IMG/VR virus record: IMGVR_UViG_3300028844_005216
Span: 1 to 64,000 of that record
Length of the DNA stretch: 64,000 bases
Direction: 5' to 3' (one strand)
Origin: a virus
The position numbers and the translations under genes are program-made. The notes below the pieces were generated by a model that had not been told where the DNA came from, made no database searches, and saw nothing but the letters and a program-made list of their open reading frames with translations. Positions 11,471 to 20,886 of the stretch are shown here, piece by piece (the stretch's first letter is position 1; each line of letters begins with the position of its first letter).

Positions 11471-11860
11471 TTATCGGTTTCTTTCCAGTAAGAATCTCGT
11501 TTGTCTCTCAACCTGTTCATTGACAATATAAAATTTTAAACTGACCTCATATGAATTTTTATCATGATTAGCATTAACTTCAACATTCGTAAGTTGAATT
11601 CTCTTTTCAAAGTTATTTAGGCACTCAATGATAGCATCTCGTATGCTTAACGTGGAAGAATATGTCACTGGCTGAAAAAGCTGTCCGGTCAAATCCGAAC
11701 CATACCCCGGATTAAATAACCTTTCATAGAAATTAGTCAAAAGTGTATATCGAACTGAACGAACAATTGACTGCTCATCCCGCTTCATCGAAAGCTGTCC
11801 AGTGCTTGGATGCGCCGTAAAATCCAAATCCAAATCTGACCATTTCTTTATTACAGGCAA
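11471..11860 (-). CDS. gp25: Baseplate wedge subunit gp25
   Basis: DLDLDF..HP, LLTNFYERLFNPGYGS, NFEKRI; adjacent to gp6. Confidence 0.92.
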   Translation of the reverse strand: MPVIKKWSDLDLDFTAHPSTGQLSMKRDEQSIVRSVRYTLLTNFYERLFNPGYGSDLTGQLFQPVTYSSTLSIRDAIIECLNNFEKRIQLTNVEVNANHDKNSYEVSLKFYIVNEQVERQTRFLLERNR

Positions 11861-11889
11861 GATAGATTCCTCCTATGTTTATTTAGTCG

Positions 11890-13041
11890 CTACGATGGGT
11901 CGTCAACTCGAATTCTTTGATTGCCCCTACCGTCAACAGTGTCCTTAATAATTTCATCAACATTTGATGCTGTAGCCGAGGCGTCTTTGAATAATATTTC
12001 ACCTCCAGCCTGAATACTTAGCCCACCCGCAGTAATAATATCCAAATTCCCATCTGCGGTTATAAGCGCATCTCGCGAAGCGGTGGCATACAAATCATTC
12101 CCGGCTGTTACCGTTGCATTCGTGTCAGTCTTTATATTAATATCACTCTCACAATAAAAATCAGCCTGACCCACAACATGGACAGCACACACACCATCCA
12201 CCTTGACACCCTTGTCACCAATCGTAACAGAGAAATCATCCTTTACAACTTTTGTAACTCGGGTTCCGTCTGGATGTATCTCATAGAATGTTCCTGTTCG
12301 ATGTGACTCTTTAATTCTTTCTGCACCGGGAGTGTCATCAATTTCTTTAACATGACCACTGTCGGACTCTTCAACGGTGTTGTATGGATACTTGGCTGCG
12401 AAGGTTGGTGGCGGCTCTGGCATTTCTGAACCATCGGCTTTAACAACAGCAGTATCGGGCTGGGAACTAATTTGTGCCTCTGCAATTGTTCCTGCAACCA
12501 CGCCGCGCGCAAGTCGCGAAGTATTCAATTCATTAACATAATGATCTCCATAATCTGATATATTTTCAGAGACAATCTTCCCTTCACTGTAGGTTAGCTT
12601 TGTTTTTTGCGGCTGATTTTCAATTGGCTCCCCAGCACCAGCGCGGTCGTCAATGAATCCGACTTGACCCAATCGTGGAACTGGATCAGCAATGTTAATG
12701 TTATCAAGCGGTTCTTCTTCTTCGTCAAATCCGAGAACATGACCATAACCAATGTTGACAGTCCCCATCATAATTAAGTCTTGACCAGTTTTCCCATCGC
12801 GATAAAAACCAAATACCCGCGTTCCGGGCTTGAGCGCAACAATCTTTCCATGCGGATTGTTTAGGGGCATCATCGGATATGCCCAAGGAAGCTCTATTGT
12901 ATCCATCTCGGACTTCATAGGAGTATTGTGTGCAATTACACGAACTCTACATCTACCGGCACCAGTGGGATCAAGGTTATCTTCTGCAACACCTTCCCAC
13001 CAATGAAAATTTCCCATCTGCCCTACGCCAATTGGTCGCAT
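11890..13041 (-). CDS. gp5: Baseplate hub/spike gp5 (OB fold + beta-helix; no lysozyme domain seen)
   Basis: WWEGVAEDNLDP..GRCRVRV, LPWA, VFGFYRDG, YPYN..ESDSGH..EIDDTPGAERI...HRTGTFYEIHPDG. Confidence 0.9.
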   Translation of the reverse strand: MRPIGVGQMGNFHWWEGVAEDNLDPTGAGRCRVRVIAHNTPMKSEMDTIELPWAYPMMPLNNPHGKIVALKPGTRVFGFYRDGKTGQDLIMMGTVNIGYGHVLGFDEEEEPLDNINIADPVPRLGQVGFIDDRAGAGEPIENQPQKTKLTYSEGKIVSENISDYGDHYVNELNTSRLARGVVAGTIAEAQISSQPDTAVVKADGSEMPEPPPTFAAKYPYNTVEESDSGHVKEIDDTPGAERIKESHRTGTFYEIHPDGTRVTKVVKDDFSVTIGDKGVKVDGVCAVHVVGQADFYCESDINIKTDTNATVTAGNDLYATASRDALITADGNLDIITAGGLSIQAGGEILFKDASATASNVDEIIKDTVDGRGNQRIRVDDPS

Positions 13042-14354
13042 TATCCTACTCTTTTCGGAAGTGGTTTGCCATAAGAATCTTTGACAAGAAGCATAACGGT
13101 TGAATATCCCTTTGACACATTAGAAGAAATTACATGTTTCACCTTTGAAATTAAATATCTTCCAGATAGCAACTGATCAAGCTCACCATCTTCTCGTTTT
13201 GTTGATGGCAGTCTCAGACCGACAACCTCCCCGACTTTGCGTTGGCTATCTCCAGAAACAGTAACCTGAACCTGAATAGCATTCATTTGCTGTATTTGGG
13301 ATCTTCGTACAAGAGACAGGTCACTCCTATCGTCATTGAAATTAATTTCAGTATCAAATGATTTATAGTTTCTGGGAATAAAGTGAACTAAACTCGACGA
13401 CCGAAATTTATCATTATTAGTTAAAGCGGTTTTCGATTGATCTCCCACAGAAATCTCATTAAAGTTTATCGACTTATATTTGTCATAAGAATCAAGATAA
13501 TCAAAATTATTATAAGTGACCTTTCTCTTCATCAAGTCATTACTGACCACGGTCGAACCATACATTCCTCCCTGAACATCACTTATGATATTTGGAAATT
13601 TGATAACTCGAAATGACGTAATCGCTGCCAACTTTCTAATGTCGTTTTTTTCACCCATCGTATGTTCAAACGTGTATGTAAGGACTGGTTCCACTTTTGA
13701 CGGATCGACCATACCCTCTAGTGACCTACACCGAAATACACCATCAACAGATTCAAAAAATACATAGTTAGCACCATTGTACCCAGTCGAACGAGAAACT
13801 TGAACAACTTTATTGATCGCATCAATCGGGCTCTCGTTGTTGACAACCAAACTTCCAATGTTCTTTGTGGGTTCAACGTATATTGTTTTTTTAGAAATGT
13901 CATTAAGGGGAACAAATAGATCTTTTATGATCTCGGAATATGGTACATTTCGATATGAACGATTTACTTTGATCTGGTCAGAAGATATCTTTTCAGGAGA
14001 ACAAAACTTAATAGAAAGACCCGTAGAGGCACCATCGGGAGATCTGTAGTATCCAGTCGAATAAACCCTACCTTGAAATTCAATCCCCTTCTTTCCGGGT
14101 GTTTTGAATTTTAAATCAACTACTTCATCTCCGACAAGACTCATTTCATTAAAAATATCAATTTCATCATTCAAAAAGATCTCACCAGAAATAAACTGAG
14201 GATCTCCCGCCTGAAGCCCAATACTTTCATTTAACGTAATACCATTCCAAGGATTGTCAACTAGCTTATCTAAATGTTTGCCAGCAGAGGAGATGATGTT
14301 ACACTTGGTAACAGAAAAATCATTCATTCCTCTATTTTCGTCATCTTTACTCAT
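13041..14354 (-). CDS. Baseplate hub protein (gp27-like)
   Basis: Lies between gp53 and gp5; YVFFES..G, V.GDSQRKVGEVV, LLSGRYLISKVKH are typical of T4-like hub proteins. Confidence 0.7.
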   Translation of the reverse strand: MSKDDENRGMNDFSVTKCNIISSAGKHLDKLVDNPWNGITLNESIGLQAGDPQFISGEIFLNDEIDIFNEMSLVGDEVVDLKFKTPGKKGIEFQGRVYSTGYYRSPDGASTGLSIKFCSPEKISSDQIKVNRSYRNVPYSEIIKDLFVPLNDISKKTIYVEPTKNIGSLVVNNESPIDAINKVVQVSRSTGYNGANYVFFESVDGVFRCRSLEGMVDPSKVEPVLTYTFEHTMGEKNDIRKLAAITSFRVIKFPNIISDVQGGMYGSTVVSNDLMKRKVTYNNFDYLDSYDKYKSINFNEISVGDQSKTALTNNDKFRSSSLVHFIPRNYKSFDTEINFNDDRSDLSLVRRSQIQQMNAIQVQVTVSGDSQRKVGEVVGLRLPSTKREDGELDQLLSGRYLISKVKHVISSNVSKGYSTVMLLVKDSYGKPLPKRVG

Positions 14355-14364
14355 AAAGAATCAC

Positions 14365-15003
14365 CTATCGCTTTTGGATTACTAAATTTTCAAATTCGGA
14401 AACAAAATCTCCAAGTAGATTTTTTCTCAATAAAACAATTTCTGCTCGGTTTTGATTTTCATCCCATTCATATTGATAATTTGTAACTGAATCTACTGCC
14501 TGAACATTAGTTATAGTTTTTTCAGTTCCCGGCAAAGCGCCGTTAACAGTTTCAGTATATGTATAGGTGAAATCAGAGTTTACTGTAATTCCAGCAGGAA
14601 TTATTACATCACCCGTTCGGAACACATCATTATTGGAAGTCGATTTAACTTCTTTCGTTTCGTAGTGATGAACCGTATCGACAGCAATTGTACTTGACCC
14701 ATACTTATCTATAATATAGCTATCAAATTGCAAAGGATCTAGTGGCCAACACCATTGCGGATCACGAATCTCATTCATCAACAATATGACCCAATGATAA
14801 TCAACCGAACCATAATAGTTATAGGAAATGTGTTCTGGCTTTTCACCCTCACGAACATTGTAAGTATAGTAGATAGTTTTATCTGAACGGGCTTCTAATG
14901 TTGCGCGAACACGCTTAAAGATATCCGTGACAACTTTATTTTTACCCGAATCGTCAAAGGCATCATATGCAACTGTAGGAAAGTATGAAAAATATTTTGC
15001 CAT
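14365..15003 (-). CDS. gp53: Baseplate wedge subunit gp53
   Basis: YFSYFP, GEKPEHISYNYYGSVDYHWVILLMNEI.DP..WP, HHYET, VTNYQYEW.EN. Confidence 0.92.
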   Translation of the reverse strand: MAKYFSYFPTVAYDAFDDSGKNKVVTDIFKRVRATLEARSDKTIYYTYNVREGEKPEHISYNYYGSVDYHWVILLMNEIRDPQWCWPLDPLQFDSYIIDKYGSSTIAVDTVHHYETKEVKSTSNNDVFRTGDVIIPAGITVNSDFTYTYTETVNGALPGTEKTITNVQAVDSVTNYQYEWDENQNRAEIVLLRKNLLGDFVSEFENLVIQKR

Positions 15004-15005
15004 AA

Positions 15006-16361
15006 TTAATATCCGTTTCTGATGTCCTGACGGGTGAGAAGAACCGACTCCATAAAACTCAAAGTAACATCGGTCTGAATTGGAGCGCCATCGTAATAAG
15101 TTCCCGGTGTAGCTGCCGCACTATAATTAACTGTAATATTAGTCAAAGCACATTCTTTTAGTCTATGCAATTTATCAGCATTCCAATATTCTATTTGAAA
15201 ATAGCAGGGATAATTATAATACCTACCAGCAGCTCCCGTAGAATCAAGCTCTGGTGCCGCATACATCTTAAAAGTTTTAACAATATCTTGAATAGCCTGC
15301 GCTTCTGATGGATTTCTGGGAATCATTTTAAAGTCAAAGCTAAAAGATCTTGCAGTTGGTCTATCAAAAAATATTTCATATTGAGGATTGATAGCCTTTC
15401 CACCAAGTTCTTTAAGTGCTTTATTTGCAAGTTTGTCGTTACCGATAGCCTGACCTGCAATTTTTCCACCAACTTCTCCCAGAACCCCCTTACCCGCGTC
15501 TTTCACCTGATCCATGATGCCGCCGGTTCCACCCTCACCCGTGATAGCCTTTTCTACTGATCCAACTACCCCCATATCGCCGCCGGTCCAACTAGCACCA
15601 AACGTCTCAGTAATTCCTACCGGCATGTATAATACTATATCAGCTTTTTTAGTTTTTGTGCCACCCACAGTATCAGCAAAGGGTGAATTACTCAAAAGAA
15701 GATCTTGAAGACCATCCTTAGAAAGCGGCAAACTATCCGTGACAGAAGCAGCCAACTTGCCTGCCTGTGCGGAAATTTTACCAAATGTTGACGCGGCAGA
15801 AGGTGGAAGCGCACCAGATATTCCCCCGGCAATTCCGCCTAATAAGTCACCAGCAGCATCACCTATAGCGCCAAGAGCATCACCCGCAAGATCGGCTGCG
15901 CCACCAACAAGTCCACTGCCCAGCTCTAAAGCTCCGCCAACAACATCCCCGGCTGCTTCTGTAACTGCTCCAATTCCGGTATCTAAAGCACCACCCAGAC
16001 CGCTATCATCAACAAAGTTTCCAGCAACTTCTCCAACAATCCCACCAGCAAAAGAACCAAGCCCGCCGCCAAGAGCATTACCGGCAGCAGCACCAGCCAA
16101 CCCACCAAGAAATTCCCCAGCAGCACTTTCAGTTGGACTATTCGAGTCTTTTGGAACCTCTTGAGAGGGAAGTTTTGTGGGGGCAATTGCTATAATATTA
16201 AATCGCATGAAATGACTCTCTCCAAGACCCTCCACATCCATAGGATAACGTAAAGATGTTGTGCCACCATGCTTTGGAGTGAATAGGTCAGCAAGTGGTC
16301 CAGAAGCACCACTCAAAACACTCCCAACAATATCATCACCCAACTCTTTAAAATTTGACAT
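15006..16361 (-). CDS. gp48: Baseplate tail tube cap gp48 with Gly/Ala-rich insertion
   Basis: LRYP, IVLYMP, NPQYEIFFDRP..RSFSFDFKMIPRNPSEAQAIQDIVKTFK, C.LTNITVNYS, L.F.E..LLTRQDI..GY. Confidence 0.85.
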   Translation of the reverse strand: MSNFKELGDDIVGSVLSGASGPLADLFTPKHGGTTSLRYPMDVEGLGESHFMRFNIIAIAPTKLPSQEVPKDSNSPTESAAGEFLGGLAGAAAGNALGGGLGSFAGGIVGEVAGNFVDDSGLGGALDTGIGAVTEAAGDVVGGALELGSGLVGGAADLAGDALGAIGDAAGDLLGGIAGGISGALPPSAASTFGKISAQAGKLAASVTDSLPLSKDGLQDLLLSNSPFADTVGGTKTKKADIVLYMPVGITETFGASWTGGDMGVVGSVEKAITGEGGTGGIMDQVKDAGKGVLGEVGGKIAGQAIGNDKLANKALKELGGKAINPQYEIFFDRPTARSFSFDFKMIPRNPSEAQAIQDIVKTFKMYAAPELDSTGAAGRYYNYPCYFQIEYWNADKLHRLKECALTNITVNYSAAATPGTYYDGAPIQTDVTLSFMESVLLTRQDIRNGY

Positions 16362-16383
16362 TCCATGCTCCCCGGAATCTAAA

Positions 16384-16403
16384 TATTTATATTTATATAA
16401 ATA
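16384..16403. promoter_or_regulatory. Divergent T4-type late promoters (TATAAATA)
   Basis: TATAAATA on the minus strand at 16384-16391 and 16390-16397 and on the plus strand at 16396-16403, between the divergent gp48 and gp4 genes. Confidence 0.85.
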
Positions 16404-16432
16404 TAGAATAGATATAGTTATTTAGGTGAAAC

Positions 16433-16876
16433 ATGGCATATAAAGGCAAATGGAAACCAAAGAATTATAAAAAATACGAGGGAAACCCGATGAAAATAAC
16501 ATATCGTTCATTATGGGAAAGGCAGACCTTTAAGTGGTGTGATGATAATCCAGATATTACGAAATGGAGCAGCGAAGAGTTAAAGATCCCTTATGTTTCC
16601 AAAACTGATGGAAAGCGACATAACTATTTTCCAGATCTAAAGATAACATACAAAAATGGAAAGACCGTGATCGTAGAAATAAAACCAAAGAAACAAACCA
16701 AACCCCCCAAGAAACCAAAGAAAAAAAATCAACGATATATCAAAGAAGTATATGCATATGGAATGAATACCTCCAAATGGGAGTATGCAATAGAATATGC
16801 ACATGGTCGTGGTTGGAACTTTGAAATCTGGACAGAAGACACCCTAAAGGCAATGGGCATTAGGATAGTCAAATAA
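16433..16876 (+). CDS. gp4: Head completion protein gp4 (TnsA-like nuclease fold)
   Basis: MAYKGKWKPKN..KY.GNP..I.YRSLWE, WSSEE..IPY, YFPD, EIKPKKQT. Confidence 0.93.
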   Translation: MAYKGKWKPKNYKKYEGNPMKITYRSLWERQTFKWCDDNPDITKWSSEELKIPYVSKTDGKRHNYFPDLKITYKNGKTVIVEIKPKKQTKPPKKPKKKNQRYIKEVYAYGMNTSKWEYAIEYAHGRGWNFEIWTEDTLKAMGIRIVK

Positions 16877-16877
16877 A

Positions 16878-17525
16878 ATGGCAAATAAAGTTACGTTTAA
16901 AACACTACTCAAAAGAAAAATATCTTCCAATGCAGTTGTGATGAAAGTAGAGGAGGCTAGAGAATGGTACAGAGAAACCGCATTTAGAATGCAACAACTA
17001 AAGGGGGTTAGTTCTCAAAAGATTCTTCGTATTGGTAGAGAAAATCGAAGAATGAAACCAACTCTCCGGGGAAGGATCATGCTAGGTAGGATGTTTATGT
17101 TTGAATATGAAGCCAAACATGCAGACACTCTACCATACTATGACGAGTTCCCTTTAGTTTTTCCCATCGCCGCCCATGCAGACGGATTTCTTGCCATCAA
17201 CCTACACTATCTCCCATATACATGGAGAGCTGTTTTAATGGACTCTCTATATGATCTAAAAGTAGATCCCAAAAATGAATCAGATCCGCCTAAATTACAA
17301 TTAGGTTCTAACGGATACAATATTTTAAAGAAATCTGCTAAATATAGATACTACAAACCGTGCATAAAAAAATACCTATTCGAGCAAGTTCGATCAAGAT
17401 ATATGGAAGTGCCTGAAGAGGAGTGGGAAATTGCTTTATTTCTACCACTCGAAAGATTTGTTGGGGAGAATAAAAGAAGAATCTGGATCGACACCAAGAA
17501 AGAATATTACAGAGGAAGAAAATAA
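16878..17525 (+). CDS. gp2: DNA end protector protein gp2
   Basis: GRMFMFEY.AK..TLPYYDEFPLVFP, GFLAINLHYLP, KPCIKKYL, WEIALFLP.ERF. Confidence 0.93.
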   Translation: MANKVTFKTLLKRKISSNAVVMKVEEAREWYRETAFRMQQLKGVSSQKILRIGRENRRMKPTLRGRIMLGRMFMFEYEAKHADTLPYYDEFPLVFPIAAHADGFLAINLHYLPYTWRAVLMDSLYDLKVDPKNESDPPKLQLGSNGYNILKKSAKYRYYKPCIKKYLFEQVRSRYMEVPEEEWEIALFLPLERFVGENKRRIWIDTKKEYYRGRK

Positions 17526-17527
17526 CA

Positions 17528-18232
17528 ATGGACATAAATGCATTCAAGTCAAAAATTGGCGGTTCACTTGCATCTCCCGCAAACTTTCGGGTCATGATAA
17601 GTGGAGCCGTTGTTGATCAAGAAAGCTCTAGAGATCTTGCTATTCTTTGTAATCAGGCACAACTGCCCGGAAGATACTTTCAAACCGCTGACAGAGTAAC
17701 GCACGGTCCAATAACAAAAATCCCATCGGCTTCAATTTTTGATGAAATGATATTGAGCTTCTATTGTCAAGAGGGTATGGGTGTATATGAGCTGTTCACC
17801 GATTGGCAATCATATATTCAGGACAATACAGCATCAAATGAATTTAGCTACTTTGACGATTATGTTTCCGACATCACGATTGAACAATTAACCCCAACCG
17901 GGTCGGTGGCTTATGCGGTAACACTTGTTGATGCGTATCCCAGAATGGTTTCCCCAATGCAATTGGATTGGTCATCAAAAGACAGCTTTCACAATCTTCA
18001 AATATCAATGGTATATCGCTATTGGAGGAAGGTAGAACTTTCGGTTAGTCCATTTAGTAAATTCTTAAATGTCAGCAGCTTGTTTCCCAATTTTGACCTT
18101 GGAGGGGCACTACAACAAACTGGAGTTGCTCTTTTTGATAAGGCTGGCGGAAAACTTATGAGCCAAGTCGGACAAAATATTAGATTTAGTAAGAACATAA
18201 AAGCATCAAAATCAGCAGCACAGCAGGGATAA
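17528..18232 (+). CDS. Baseplate tail tube initiator gp54 (tail-tube fold)
   Basis: LASPANFRV, C....LPG, F.DW..YI, Y.DDY..DITIEQL, LVDAYP, YRYW. Confidence 0.75.
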   Translation: MDINAFKSKIGGSLASPANFRVMISGAVVDQESSRDLAILCNQAQLPGRYFQTADRVTHGPITKIPSASIFDEMILSFYCQEGMGVYELFTDWQSYIQDNTASNEFSYFDDYVSDITIEQLTPTGSVAYAVTLVDAYPRMVSPMQLDWSSKDSFHNLQISMVYRYWRKVELSVSPFSKFLNVSSLFPNFDLGGALQQTGVALFDKAGGKLMSQVGQNIRFSKNIKASKSAAQQG

Positions 18233-18300
18233 TAGTACCTCAGACGACAGTGCAAGTGTAACTGATGGTCGTCGTTAATACATAAACAGGAGATTAAATT

Positions 18301-19029
18301 ATGGCTTTACCGAAACTTGATGTACCCATTTATAAATTAAATATCCCATCTTCGGGAAAAGAGATTTCATATAGACCTTTTCTCGTAAAAGAAGAAAAAA
18401 TTCTTTTGATGGCAATGGAAGGTGGTGATGATAAGGAAATCACAACAGCTATCAAACAAATTATTAACAACTGTGTTGTGGACGATGGTATAGAAGTAGA
18501 TAACATGCCACTATTTGATATTGAATATATGCTGCTTAACATAAGAGCAAGATCAATGGGAGATGTGGTTAAAACCAGCTATGTGAATAAGAAGTGTAAA
18601 CGAGAAGATTGCAGTCCTGTCGAAATTGAAATTGACCTATCAACAATAGAATTATCAACAGACGAAAACCACAAAAGCAAAATTGAGCTAAATGATAAAG
18701 TAGGAATCATTATGAAATATCCAAGCATGTATATGATGGATAAAAAAACTATCGGCAAAGATCGTGACGCTTCGACGGAAGACGTGTTTGAAGTTATTTC
18801 TGAATGCATAGACAAAATCTACGATGCAGATAATGTGTACAGCAAAAGCGATTATACGAAGGATGAACTAAAGGAATTTGTTGATAGCTTCACCTCAGAT
18901 CAGTTCCAACAGATTCAGAAGTTTTTTGACACAATGCCAAAGATGTATAAAGATGTCGTATTTAGTTGTGAAAAATGTAATTACAAAGAGGACATTAAAA
19001 TAGAAGGTCTTGCTGGTTTTTTTACCTGA
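18301..19029 (+). CDS. gp26: Baseplate hub assembly protein gp26
   Basis: MALPKL..P.Y.L.IPSSGKEI.YRPFLVKEEKILLMA, FDIEY..L.IRARS.G, MKYP, FFDTMPK, CxxC, ending EGLAGFFT. Confidence 0.92.
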   Translation: MALPKLDVPIYKLNIPSSGKEISYRPFLVKEEKILLMAMEGGDDKEITTAIKQIINNCVVDDGIEVDNMPLFDIEYMLLNIRARSMGDVVKTSYVNKKCKREDCSPVEIEIDLSTIELSTDENHKSKIELNDKVGIIMKYPSMYMMDKKTIGKDRDASTEDVFEVISECIDKIYDADNVYSKSDYTKDELKEFVDSFTSDQFQQIQKFFDTMPKMYKDVVFSCEKCNYKEDIKIEGLAGFFT

Positions 19030-19211
19030 TTCTCTCTGACCACTCATTAGAGGGAACTTTGAGAATAAACTTTTCACTGATGCAATATCATAATTATACT
19101 TTAGCAGACATTGAGGGTCTGCTTCCGTGGGAAAGAGATTTATATGTTAGTATGGTTATTGAACACATCGAAAAAGAAAAACAAAAACAAGAAGAACGCA
19201 ACAGAGGATAG
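19023..19211 (+). CDS. gp51: gp51-like baseplate hub assembly segment (in the -1 frame relative to gp26)
   Basis: Translated by hand: YLILSDHSLEGTLRINFSLMQYHNYTLADIEGLLPWERDLYVSMVIEHIEKEKQKQEERNRG*. NF.LMQ.H.Y.L..IE...PWER..Y is the T4-like gp51 motif. Possible own starts are TTG 19059 or ATG 19080, or it is reached by frameshift. Confidence 0.8.
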   Translation, partial: YLILSDHSLEGTLRINFSLMQYHNYTLADIEGLLPWERDLYVSMVIEHIEKEKQKQEERNRG

Positions 19212-19216
19212 TTTAA

Positions 19217-20884
19217 ATGAATGTAGTAGACAACGCAAAAACGATGAAATCATTCAACGACTCCATCCAATCTTTCACGACTGGGTTTAAGTCCTATGCT
19301 AATAAGGCTGATCAGGCTGGAGGGGCTGCTATAAGGAGAACTCACGAAGCATTGCCCGGAATTGCAAAAAAGGGAATAGAGACAGCAAAGCTGACCGGAA
19401 AAGATATGAATCAAGCGGTCTTTGAAGGCTCGCCGCTCGGGACGGCAGTTGGCGAATCTGCCATGTCTATGGGAAAATCGTTTCTTGGAATGGAAGACGA
19501 GAAAGAGGATGACAGCACCGTAATTAGTGCAACGGATGGTGCTGGTGAGAATTTAAATGAGTTAAACAAACTTGACGATTTGAAATTTATTTCAGATAAA
19601 ATGTCAACGCTTCTGAATCTGGTAGATAGAATCGAAATCAGTGTTCGGGACAACAACAAGTTGACCATAGCACAAGGAAAAAGAGCCCAGCGGAATAAAG
19701 CAAAAGCAGAAGAAGCAGCAAGAGAAGACGCAGCAGAAATCGTTCCAGCAGATGGTGAGGGTGGTGTTACTGCTTCGACATCCGGTGGTGGCGGGATACT
19801 TGAGTCACTTGGGGGAGTGATGTCCAGTATACCGGGATTCAAAACCATATCAAGTCTTTTCTCTGGAGGTTTAGGTGGGGTAGCTAAAATATTTGGTAAG
19901 TTGTTCTTTCCCATAACAATGCTCATAGGTATTGTATCTTTTGTAACTGGGTTCATGGAGGGATATGAAGAAGGTGGAATTATCGAAGGAATCACCCAAG
20001 GATTTGAATCACTCATAAAAAATCTCGTAGACGTTCCGCTGAACTTCCTTAAAGATGTTGTTGCGTGGATTGCCGGGGCACTTGGATTTGAAGAAGTAGA
20101 AACCCTGTTAAATGATTATGAATTTGATGTTTCAAGCATGGTTCGTCCGGTTATAGATTGGTTTGTGGAGTTAGGAGAAAAAATATCAGGAGCATTTACG
20201 GCTGCAAAGGATTATGTATCAGATAAATTTAGTGGTGCGATGAGTTTCTTCGGATTCGGGGATGATGAAGAAGAAGCAAAGCCGACTCCAGCGTCAAAGG
20301 CACCAGAAGAGAAGAAATTGAGTAGAGACGAACAACTGCTACAGGATTTAGACGAACAAACTGGTGTTCCAAAGTTTTTGCTTAAAAAACATAAAGAAGA
20401 ATATATTGAAGACGAAGATGAAAGAGGCCGACTTGGCGCTATGTACAGAACCAACCGCAGTCCCACGGGTGACAATATAATGTGGGACAAGGAAAACAAG
20501 CAGTATAAGAAAGATACAAGAACCGATGATGAAAGAAAACTCTCTAATGAAGTAGATGAATTTAATAGAGCATCAACGGAAAGTCTAAATTCTCCCGAAG
20601 CGGTAAAAAAACGGGAAGAAGCGATGGCGCGGGAAAATGAAATGCTTCGTGCAGAATACGAAGCGGATCTCATGAATTCTGGAAAAGACCCAAGAGGAGC
20701 AGCCGCAGCCAATATCCAAAATGCAGGAGTCGAGTCTGGAGCGGGTGGTGGTGGAGGCGGATCAACCGTTGTAATTGATCAAAAAGATCAGAGTGTGAGC
20801 CAAGCTGCAAGCAATCTTGTTCCGATGCCATTCCACACTCAAACTGATCCAGCAATGGCTCAAAGCGCAAACGTAGACCTTTAG
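19217..20884 (+). CDS. Tape measure / gp29-like baseplate hub protein
   Basis: Helical low-complexity protein with a Gly-rich hydrophobic middle (KLFFPITMLIGIVSFVTGF) and a GGGGSTVVIDQK C-terminus; follows gp26/gp51. Confidence 0.7.
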   Translation: MNVVDNAKTMKSFNDSIQSFTTGFKSYANKADQAGGAAIRRTHEALPGIAKKGIETAKLTGKDMNQAVFEGSPLGTAVGESAMSMGKSFLGMEDEKEDDSTVISATDGAGENLNELNKLDDLKFISDKMSTLLNLVDRIEISVRDNNKLTIAQGKRAQRNKAKAEEAAREDAAEIVPADGEGGVTASTSGGGGILESLGGVMSSIPGFKTISSLFSGGLGGVAKIFGKLFFPITMLIGIVSFVTGFMEGYEEGGIIEGITQGFESLIKNLVDVPLNFLKDVVAWIAGALGFEEVETLLNDYEFDVSSMVRPVIDWFVELGEKISGAFTAAKDYVSDKFSGAMSFFGFGDDEEEAKPTPASKAPEEKKLSRDEQLLQDLDEQTGVPKFLLKKHKEEYIEDEDERGRLGAMYRTNRSPTGDNIMWDKENKQYKKDTRTDDERKLSNEVDEFNRASTESLNSPEAVKKREEAMARENEMLRAEYEADLMNSGKDPRGAAAANIQNAGVESGAGGGGGGSTVVIDQKDQSVSQAASNLVPMPFHTQTDPAMAQSANVDL

Positions 20885-20886
20885 TC

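Noticed and set aside
15739-16164. Pro/Ala-rich 141-aa plus-strand ORF
   Set aside because: Antisense shadow of the Gly-rich segment of gp48.
16433-16876. TnsA transposase / mobile element
   Set aside because: This is T4 gp4 head completion protein in its normal context next to gp2.
19411-20712. Minus-strand ORFs of 201 and 166 aa
   Set aside because: Antisense shadows of the tape measure gene.
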